Assembly (NCBI RefSeq): GCF_009914755.1
Contig: NC_060940.1
From: the human T2T-CHM13v2.0 reference genome, Homo sapiens
Strand: one strand, 5' to 3'
Length of the DNA: 64,000 bases
The notes under the pieces: generated by a model
Told to the model about the DNA's origin: nothing
The model's database searches: none
The model's input: only the letters and a program-made list of their open reading frames with translations
Part shown: one piece after another, positions 1 through 11,850 of the stretch
How positions within the stretch are numbered: the first letter of the stretch is position 1
Layout: each line of letters begins with the position of its first letter
Program-made: the position numbers and the translations under genes

Positions 1-3000
1 ATTCTATTCCATTTGATGATGATTCCGTTCGATTCCATTCATTGGTGATTCCACTCAATTCCATTCAATGATTCCATTCCATTTCTTTCAACAATGATTC
101 CATTAGTTTCTAATCGATGATCCACTTGATTCCATTTGACGACGATTCCATTCTTGTCCATTCGATGATTCCATTTGATTCCATATGATGATGATTCCAT
201 TCGATTCCATACCATGATGATTCCATTCGAGTCCATTCAATGGTGATTCCATTCAATTCCATTCGATGATTCCTTTTGATTCCATTCGATGATGATGGCA
301 TTCGATTCCTTTCAATCATTCCCTTTGATTCCATTCAAAGGTGATTTCATTCAAGTCCATTCGATAATTGCATTCGATTCCATTCTATGATGATTCCATT
401 CGAGTCCATTTGATGATTCCATTCAATTCAAGTCAATGATGATTCCATTCGATTCCATTCGATGATTCCATTGGATTCCATTCGATGATGATTCCATTCA
501 AATCCATTCGATAATTCAATTCAAGTCCATTCGATGATGATTCCAATCGAATCCATTCAAAGATTCCATTCAGTTCCATTCGATGATTCCCTTAGATTCC
601 ATTCGATGATTCCACTTGATTGCATTTACGATGATTCCATTCGATTCCATGTGATGATTCCATTCAATTCTATTCAATGATGTCTCCATTTGATTCCATT
701 CGACCATGATTGCCTTTGATTCCATTCAATGATTCCATTCGGTTCCGTTTGATGATGATTCCGTTCGATTCCATTTGATGATTCCATTTGATTCCATTGG
801 ATGAGTCCATTCGATTACATTCGATGATTATTCCATTCGAGTGCATTAGATGATTCCATTCGAGTCCATTCGATGATTCCATTCGATTCCATTCGATGTT
901 GATTCTGTTCAAATCCATTCGATGATTCCACTCGATTCCATTCGTTGACTCCATTTGATCCCATTCGATGATTTCCTTTGATTCCCTTTGATGATCATTC
1001 CATTTGATTCAATTCGGTGATTTCATTTGATTCCATTCAGTGATGTTTCCATTCGACTCCATTCGATGATGATTCCATTCGACTCCATTCGATTATGATT
1101 TCATTCAATTCCATTCGATAATGATTCCCTTCGAGTCCATTCGATGATTCCATTCGATTCCATTCAACGATGATTTGATTCGTGTCCATTCGATGATTCC
1201 ATTTGATTCCACTTGATGATGATTCCATTCGAGTCCATTTGATGATTCCATTCAATTCCATACTCCGATGATTTCTTTTGAGCCCACTCAATGCTTCCAC
1301 TCGATTCCATATGATGATGACTCCATTCGATGAAATTCGATGATGATTCCATTCGCTTGCTTTCGATGATGATTCCACTTGAGTCCGTTAGAAGATTCTA
1401 TTCAATTACATTCCAGGACGATTCCGTTCGAGTCCATTTGATGATTCCATTAGACTCCATTCGACGATGATTCCATTCGATGTTATTCCATGATTCCATT
1501 CGATCTCATTCGATGATGATTCCATTCAACTCCATTCGATGTTTCCATTCGAGTTCATTCTATTATTCCATTAGATTCCATTCGATGATGATTCCATTCG
1601 ATTCCATTTGATGATTGCATTCTATTTCATTTGATGATGATTCCATTCGAGTCCACTCGATGATTCCATTCGAGTCCATTTAATGAATCCATTGGTTTCA
1701 ATTCTATGATGATTACATTGGATTCCATTCGTTGATGATTTCATTCGGTTCCATTCAATGATGATTCCATTCAATTCCTTTCAATGTTTCCATTCAATTC
1801 CATACGATGATGATTCCATTTGATTTGATTCGACAGTGAGCCATTCGATTCAATTCCATGATGATTCTATTTGATTCAATTGGTTGACATTTCCATTCGA
1901 TTCCATTCGATGATGATTCCCTTTGATTCCATTCAAAGATGATTCCATTCTAGCCCATTCAATCATTCCATTCGATTCTATTCAATGATGATTCCATTCA
2001 TGTCGATTTGGTGATTCCATTTGACTTCATTTGATGATGATTCCTTTCAAGTTCATTAGATGATTCCATTCGATTCCATTTGATGATGATCCCATTCGAG
2101 TCCATTCAGTGATTCCATTCGTTTCCATTCCATGATGATTCCATTCCTTTCCATTCAATGATTCCATTCGATTCCGTTTGATGATGATTTCATTCGAGTC
2201 CATTTGATGATTCCATTTGATTCCATTCGATGATGATTCCATTCGAGTCCATTCGATGATTCTATTCGAATCCATTTGATGATTTCTTTTGATTATATTT
2301 GGTGATGATTCCATTGGAGTCCATTCAATGATTCCATTCTATTCCAATCGATGATGATTCCATTAGAGTCCATTTAATGATTCCATTTGATTCCAGTCTC
2401 TGATGATTACATTCGAGTCCATACGATGATTCCACTCAATTCCATATGATGATGATTCCATTTGATTCCATTCGGTGATTCCATTCTATTCTATTCAATG
2501 GTGATTCCATTCGAGTACATTAGATGATTCCATTCGATTCCATTCAATGATGATTCTATTTGTGTCCCTTAGATGATTCCACATGATTCCATTAGATGAT
2601 GATACTATTTGAGCCCATCCAATGATTCCCTTCGTTTCCATTCGATGAGGATTCCATTCGATTCAATTCATTGGTGATTCTATTCAATTCAATTCTTTGA
2701 TTCCATTCCATTCCATTCGACAATGATTCCATTCGATTTCTTTCGATGATTCCACTCGATTCCACTTGACATTGATTCCATTCGATTCCATTCAATGATT
2801 CCATTTGATTCCAGTGGATGATGATTGCCATCGATTCCATTCGATCACTCCATTCTATTCCATTTGATGATGATTACATTCGATTCCATTTGATGATTCC
2901 ATCTGATTCTATTCGAGGATTCCATTTGATTCCATTCGATGATGATTCCATTCGAGTCCATTCGATGATTTCATTCGAGTACATCCAATGATTCCATTCG

Positions 3001-6000
3001 AGTCCATTAGATGATTCCATTTGATTCCATTTGAAAATGATTCTACTAGAGTCCATTCAATGACTCCATTCGAGTCCATTCAACAATTCCATTCGACTCC
3101 ATTCGATGATTCCATTCGATTCTATTTGATGGTTCCATTCGAGTCCATTTAATCATTACAGTCGAGTCCATTTGGTGATTCCACTGGATTTCTTTTGATA
3201 ATGATACCATTCAATTACATTTGATGATGATCCCATTCAATTTCATTTGATGATGATTCCATTAGAGTCCATTCGATGATTTCATTCGAGTCCCTTCATT
3301 GATTCCATCCAATTTCATTGGATGATGACTCCATTCGAGTCCATTCGATGATTCCACTCGATTCCATTAGATGACTCCATTGGAGTCCATTTGATTGTTC
3401 CATTCGATTCCATTCGATTCCTTTCGAAGATTATTCCATTTGAGTCCATTCGATGATGATTCCATTCCATTCCATTCGATGATTCCGTTTGATTCCATTC
3501 GATGATTCCCTTCGATTCCTTTCTTTGATGATTCCATTCCATTCCATTCAATGATTCCATTCGAATCTATTCCATGATGATTCCTTTCGATTCCATTCGC
3601 TGATGTTTCCGTTCAATTCCATTCGATGATGATTCCATTCGATTCCATTCATTGAGGATTCCATTTGATTCCATTCAATGATGATTCCATTCTATTCCAT
3701 TCAATGATTGCATTCAATTCCATTCAATGATTATCCCATTAGAGTAAACTCAACGATTCCATTCAATACCATTCGATGATGATTCCTTTTGAGTCCATTC
3801 AATGATTTCATTCAAGTCCATTTGATGATTCCTTTCAATTCCATTCTATGATGATTCCATTCGAGTCCATTCGATGATTCCATTCGATTGCATTCGATGA
3901 TTCCATTATATTCCAGTCAACGATGATTCCATTCGAGTCCATTCGATGATTCCATTAGAGTACATTTAATGATTGCTTTGTTTTCAATTCGAAGATGATT
4001 ACATTGGATTCCATTCTATGATACCATTCGATTCCATTCAATGATGATTCCACTCAAATCCATTGGATGATTCCATTCGTGTCCATTCGGTGATTTCATT
4101 AGATTCCATTCGAGGATGATTCCATTCGATTCCATTCGATGATTCCATTCAATTCCATTCGATGATGATTCCATTCCAGTCCATATGATCATTCCATTTG
4201 ATTTCATTCGATGATGATTCCATTCAATTCGATTCGACGATTCCATTCTATTCCATTCGATGATGATTCCATTCGAGTCCATTCGATGATTCCATTCGAG
4301 TCCATTTAATGATTCCATTGGGTTCAATTCAATGATGATTACATTGGATTCCGTTCTATGATTCCATTCAATTCCGTTCATTGACAATTTGATTCCATTC
4401 GATGATGATTCCATTTGAGTTCATTCGATGATTCTATTCGATTCTCTTCGATGGTGATTCAATTCTATTATATTGGATGATTCCATTCGATTCCATTTGA
4501 TGTTGATTCAATTCGATTCTATTCGATGATGATTCCATTGGATTTCACTTGATGATTCTATTCGATTCCATTCAATGATGATTCACTTCTCGTCCATTGG
4601 ATGATTCCATTTCATTCCATTCGATGATGATTCCATTCGATTCCATTCGATGATTCCATTTGATTCCATGCGACGGTGAGCAATTCGATTCAATTCCATG
4701 ATGATTCTATTTGATTCAATTAGATGATGTTTCCATTCGAATCCATTCCATGATTATTCCATTGGAATCCATTCGGCGATGATTCCATATGAGTCAATTC
4801 AATGATGATTCCATATGGGTCCGTTCGATGATAATTCCATTTGATTTCATTCGATGCTTCTATTCTATTCCAGTCGATGATGATTCCGTTGGAGTCCATA
4901 CGATGATTCCATTTGATTTCATTTGATGATGATTCCATTCGATGATGATTACATTGGATTCCATTCTATGATTCCATTCAATTCCATTCGTTGATGATTC
5001 GATTCCATTCAATGATGATTCCATTTGAGTTCATTCGATGATTCTATTCGATTCCGTTCGATGGTGATTCAATTCTATTATATTGGATGATTCCACTCGA
5101 TTCCATTTGATGATTATTCCATTGGAGTCCACTTAGTGAATCCTTTAGATTCTACTCGACGATGATTCCATTCGAGTCCATTCGATGATACCATTCAATT
5201 CCATTCGTTGATGCTTCCATTCAAGTGCATTCGATGATATCATTCGATTCCATTTGATGATAATTCCATTTGATTCCATGCGATGATTCTATTCGATTCC
5301 ATTCAATGATAATTCCATTCAATTCAGTGATTCCTCTGGACTCCATTTGATGATGATTCCATTCAATGATTCCATTCGATTCTATTCGAAAATGATTCCA
5401 TTTGAATCCATTTGATGATGATTCCATTAGATTCCATTTGATGATTCCATTCGATTCCATTAGACGATGATTCCATTCGATTCCGTTTGATGATTCCATT
5501 CTATTCTATTCGATGATGATTCCATTCGATTCCATTCGATGATGATTGGATTCGATTCCATTTGATGATTTCATTTGATTCCATTCGTTAATGATTTCGA
5601 TCAATTCCATTCGATGATTCCATTCGATTCCATTCGATAATGATTACATCCGAGTCCATTCGATGATTCCCTTTGAGCCTGTTCGATAATTCCATTTGAG
5701 TCAAACCAATGATTCCATTCATTTCCATTCAATGATTCCATTCGAGTCCATTTGATCATTCCGGTAGGGTCCATTCGATGTTGATTCCATTGGAGTGCAT
5801 TCGATGATTCCATTCGAGTCCATTTTAGGATTTGATTCGAGTCCTTTCGATGATTCCATTCGATTCCACTCGATGATGATTTCATTCGAGTCCATTCGAC
5901 ACTTCCAATCGATTCCATTTGATGATTCCATTCGAGTCCAATTGATGATTCCATTCAATTCCATTCGATGATGATTCCGTACGATTCCATTCTGTGATGA

Positions 6001-6112
6001 TTCCATGTGATTGCATTCAATGATGATTCCTTTCGATTGCATTCGATTATGATTCATTTCGTGTTCATTCTATGGTTCCACAGGTTTCCATTCGTGTCCA
6101 TTCCATTATTCC
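1..6112 (+). repeat. HSat2 6,112-bp unit 1 (phase arbitrary, set to window start)
   Basis: ATTCTATTCCATTTGATGATGATTCC at 1 recurs at 6113. The ORF track repeats with offset 6112 (39 to 6151, 670 to 6782). Confidence 0.95.
4712..4722 (-). promoter_or_regulatory. Candidate DUX4-binding motif TAATTGAATCA; recurs at 10450, 16562, 22674, 28786, 34898, 41010, 47122, 52860 and 58972
   Basis: The + strand reads TGATTCAATTA, and its reverse complement fits the DUX4 consensus TAAYBBAATCA. This is a motif match only, with no occupancy data. Confidence 0.45.
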
Positions 6113-9100
6113 ATTCTATTCCATTTGATGATGATTCCATTCGATTCCATTCATTGGTGATTCCACTCAATTCCATTCAATGATTCCATTCCATTTCTTT
6201 CAACAATGATTCCATTAGTTTCTAATCGATGATCCACTTGATTCCATTTGACGACGATTCCATTCTTGTCCATTCGATGATTCCATTTGATTCCATATGA
6301 TGATGATTCCATTCGATTCCATACCATGATGATTCCATTCGAGTCCATTCAATGGTGATTCCATTCAATTCCATTCGATGATTCCTTTTGATTCCATTCG
6401 ATGATGATGGCATTCGATTCCTTTCAATCATTCCCTTTGATTTCATTCAAAGGTGATTTCATTCAAGTCCATTCGATAATTGCATTCGATTCCATTCTAT
6501 GATGATTCCATTCGAGTCCATTTGATGATTCCATTCAATTCAAGTCAATGATGATTCCATTCGATTCCATTCGATGATTCCATTGGATTCCATTCGATGA
6601 TGATTCCATTCAAATCCATTCGATAATTCAATTCAAGTCCATTCGATGATGATTCCAATCGAATCCATTCAAAGATTCCATTCAGTTCCATTCGATGATT
6701 CCCTTAGATTCCATTCGATGATTCCACTTGATTGCATTTACGATGATTCCATTCGATTCCATGTGATGATTCCATTCAATTCTATTCAATGATGTCTCCA
6801 TTTGATTCCATTCGACCATGATTGCCTTTGATTCCATTCAATGATTCCATTCGGTTCCGTTTGATGATGATTCCGTTCGATTCCATTTGATGATTCCATT
6901 TGATTCCATTGGATGAGTCCATTCGATTACATTCGATGATTATTCCATTCGAGTGCATTAGATGATTCCATTCGAGTCCATTCGATGATTCCATTCGATT
7001 CCATTCGATGTTGATTCTGTTCAAATCCATTCGATGATTCCACTCGATTCCATTCGTTGACTCCATTTGATCCCATTCGATGATTTCCTTTGATTCCCTT
7101 TGATGATCATTCCATTTGATTCAATTCGGTGATTTCATTTGATTCCATTCAGTGATGTTTCCATTCGACTCCATTCGATGATGATTCCATTCGACTCCAT
7201 TCGATTATGATTTCATTCAATTCCATTCGATAATGATTCCCTTCGAGTCCATTCGATGATTCCATTCGATTCCATTCAACGATGATTTGATTCGTGTCCA
7301 TTCGATGATTCCATTTGATTCCACTTGATGATGATTCCATTCGAGTCCATTTGATGATTCCATTCAATTCCATACTCCGATGATTTCTTTTGAGCCCACT
7401 CAATGCTTCCACTCGATTCCATATGATGATGACTCCATTCGATGAAATTCGATGATGATTCCATTCGCTTGCTTTCGATGATGATTCCACTTGAGTCCGT
7501 TAGAAGATTCTATTCAATTACATTCCAGGACGATTCCGTTCGAGTCCATTTGATGATTCCATTAGACTCCATTCGACGATGATTCCATTCGATGTTATTC
7601 GATGATTCCATTCGATCTCATTCGATGATGATTCCATTCAACTCCATTCGATGTTTCCATTCGAGTTCATTCTATTATTCCATTAGATTCCATTCGATGA
7701 TGATTCCATTCGATTCCATTTGATGATTGCATTCTATTTCATTTGATGATGATTCCATTCGAGTCCACTCGATGATTCCATTCGAGTCCATTTAATGAAT
7801 CCATTGGTTTCAATTCTATGATGATTACATTGGATTCCATTCGTTGATGATTTCATTCGGTTCCATTCCATGATGATTCCATTCCTTTCCATTCAATGAT
7901 TCCATTCGATTCCGTTTGATGATGATTTCATTCGAGTCCATTTGATGATTCCATTTGATTTCTTTCGATGATGATTCCATTCGAGTCCATTCGATGATTC
8001 TATTCGAATCCATTTGATGATTTCTTTTGATTATATTTGGTGATGATTCCATTGGAGTCCATTCAATGATTCCATTCTATTCCAATCGATGATGATTCCA
8101 TTAGAGTCCATTTAATGATTCCATTTGATTCCAGTCTCTGATGATTACATTCGAGTCCATACGATGATTCCACTCAATTCCATATCATGATGATTCCATT
8201 TGATTCCATTCGGTGATTCCGTTCTATTCTATTCAATGGTGATTCCATTCGAGTACATTAGATGATTCCATTCGATTCCATTCATTGATGATTCTATTTG
8301 TGTCCCTTAGATGATTCCACATGATTCCATTAGATGATGATACTATTTGAGCCCATCCAATGATTCCCTTCGATTCCATTCGATGAGGATTCCATTCGAT
8401 TCAATTCATTGGTGATTCTATTCAATTCAATTCTTTGATTCCATTCCATTCCATTCGACAATGATTCCATTCGATTTCTTTCGATGATTCCACTCGATTC
8501 CACTTGACATTGATTCCATTCGATTCCATTCAATGATTCCATTTGATTCCAGTGGATGATGATTGCCATCGATTCCATTCGATCACTCCATTCTATTCCA
8601 TTTGATGATGATTACATTCGATTCCATTTGATGATTCCATCTGATTCTATTCGAGGATTCCATTTGATTCCATTCGATGATGATTCCATTCGAGTCCATT
8701 CGATGATTTCATTCGAGTACATCCAATGATTCCATTCGAGTCCATTAGATGATTCCATTTGATTCCATTTGAAAATGATTCTACTAGAGTCCATTCAATG
8801 ACTCCATTCGAGTCCATTCAACAATTCCATTCGACTCCATTCGATGATTCCATTCGATTCCATTTGATGGTTCCATTCGAGTCCATTTAATCATTACAGT
8901 CGAGTCCATTTGGTGATTCCACTGGATTTCTTTTGATAATGATACCATTCAATTACATTTGATGATGATCCCATTCAATTTCATTTGATGATGATTCCAT
9001 TAGAGTCCATTCGATGATTTCATTCGAGTCCCTTCATTGATTCCATCCGATTTCATTGGATGATGACTCCATTCGAGTCCATTCGATGATTCCACTCGAT

Positions 9101-11850
9101 TCCATTAGATGACTCCATTGGAGTCCATTTGATTGTTCCATTCGATTCCATTTGATTCCTTTCGAAGATTATTCCATTTGAGTCCATTCGATGATGATTC
9201 CATTCCATTCCATTCCATGATTCCGTTTGATTCCATTCGATGATTCCCTTCGATTCCTTTCTTTGATGATTCCATTCCATTCCATTCAATGATTCCATTC
9301 GAATCTATTCCATGATGATTCCTTTCGATTCCATTCGCTGATGTTTCCGTTCAATTCCATTCGATGATGATTCCATTCGATTCCATTCATTGAGGATTCC
9401 ATTTGATTCCATTCAATGATGATTCCATTCTATTCCATTCAATGATTGCATTCAATTCCATTCAATGATTATCCCATTAGAGTAAACTCAACGATTCCAT
9501 TCAATATCATTCGATGATGATTCCTTTTGAGTCCATTCAATGATTTCATTCAAGTCCATTTGATGATTCCTTTCAATTCCATTCTATGATGATTCCATTC
9601 GAGTCCATTCGATGATTCCATTCGATTGCATTCGATGATTCCATTATATTCCATTCAACGATGATTCCATTCGAGTCCATTCCATGATTCCATTAGAGTA
9701 CATTTAATGATTGCTTTGTTTTCAATTCGAAGATGATTACATTGGATTCCATTCTATGATACCATTCGATTCCATTCAATGATGATTCCACTCAAATCCA
9801 TTGGATGATTCCATTCGTGTCCATTCGGTGATTTCATTAGATTCCATTCGAGGATGATTCCATTCGATTCCATTCGATGATTCCATTCAATTCCATTCGA
9901 TGATGATTCCATTCCAGTCCATATGATCATTCCATTTGATTTCATTCGATGATGATTCCATTCGATTCCATTCGACGATTTCATTCTATTCCATTCAATG
10001 ATGATTCCATTCGAGTCCATTCGATGATTCCATTCGAGTCCATTTAATGATTCCATTGGGTTCAATTCAATGATGATTACATTGGATTCCGTTCTATGAT
10101 TCCATTCAATTCCGTTCATTGACAATTTGATTCCATTCGATGATGATTCCATTTGAGTTCATTCGATGATTCTATTCGATTCTCTTCGATGGTGATTCAA
10201 TTCTATTATATTGGATGATTCCATTCGATTCCATTTGATGTTGATTCAATTCGATTCTATTCGATGATGATTCCATTGGATTTCACTTGATGATTCTATT
10301 CGATTCCATTCAATGATGATTCACTTCTCGTCCATTGGATGATTCCATTTCATTCCATTCGATGATGATTCCATTCGATTCCATTCGATGATTCCATTTG
10401 ATTCCATGCGACGGTGAGCAATTCGATTCAATTCCATGATGATTCTATTTGATTCAATTAGATGATGTTTCCATTCGAATCCATTCCATGATTATTCCAT
10501 TGGAATCCATTCGGCGATGATTCCATATGAGTCAATTCAATGATGATTCCATATGGGTCCGTTCGATGATAATTCCATTTGATTTCATTCGATGCTTCTA
10601 TTCTATTCCAGTCGATGATGATTCCGTTGGAGTCCATACGATGATTCCATTTGATTTCATTTGATGATGATTCCATTCGATGATGATTACATTGGATTCC
10701 ATTCTATGATTCCATTCAATTCCATTCGTTGATGATTCGATTCCATTCAATGATGATTCCATTTGAGTTCATTCGATGATTCTATTCGATTCCGTTCGAT
10801 GGTGATTCAATTCTATTATATTGGATGATTCCACTCGATTCCATTTGATGATTATTCCATTGGAGTCCACTTAGTGAATCCTTTAGATTCTACTCGACGA
10901 TGATTCCATTCGAGTCCATTCGATGATACCATTCAATTCCATTCGTTGATGCTTCCATTCAAGTGCATTCGATGATATCATTCGATTCCATTTGATGATA
11001 ATTCCATTTGATTCCATGCGATGATTCTATTCGATTCCATTCAATGATAATTCCATTCAATTCAGTGATTCCTCTGGACTCCATTTGATGATGATTCCAT
11101 TCAATGATTACATTCGATTCTATTCGAAAATGATTCCATTTGAATCCATTTGATGATGATTCCATTAGATTCCATTTGATGATTCCATTCGATTCCATTC
11201 GACGATGATTCCATTCGATTCCGTTTGATGATTCCATTCTATTCTATTCGATGATGATTCCATTCGATTCCATTCGATGATGATTGGATTCGATTCCATT
11301 GGATGATTTCATTTGATTCCATTCGTTAATGATTTCGATCAATTCCATTCGATGATTCCATTCGATTCCATTCGATAATGATTACATCCGAGTCCATTCG
11401 ATGATTCCCTTTGAGCCTGTTCGATAATTCCATTTGAGTCCAACCAATGATTCCATTCATTTCCATTCAATGATTCCATTCGAGTCCATTTGATCATTCC
11501 GGTAGGGTCCATTCGATGTTGATTCCATTGGAGTGCATTCGATGATTCCATTCGAGTCCATTTTAGGATTTGATTCGAGTCCTTTCGATGATTCCATTCG
11601 ATTCCACTCGATGATGATTTCATTCGAGTCCATTCGACACTTCCAATCGATTCCATTTGATGATTCCATTCGAGTCCAATTGATGATTCCATTCAATTCC
11701 ATTCGATGATGATTCCGTACGATTCCATTCTGTGATGATTCCATGTGATTGCATTCAATGATGATTCCTTTCGATTGCATTCGATTATGATTCATTTCGT
11801 GTTCATTCTATGGTTCCACAGGTTTCCATTCGTGTCCATTCCATTATTCC
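6113..11850 (+). repeat. HSat2 unit 2, 5,738-bp variant with 374-bp internal deletion
   Basis: ORF offset 6151 to 11889 = 5738. The junction TTTCATTCGG-TTCCATTC-CATGATG at 7851-7875 joins unit offsets ~1756 and ~2131. Confidence 0.95.

Noticed and set aside
6071-6090. TTCCACAG|GT resembling a splice acceptor
   Set aside because: It is a short motif in a pyrimidine-rich satellite strand, with no exon, ORF or donor context, so a chance match is likely.
7825-8052. Novel 'fusion' ORF (75 aa) unique to units 2 and 9
   Set aside because: It is a by-product of the 374-bp deletion joining two satellite frames, with no evidence of coding function.
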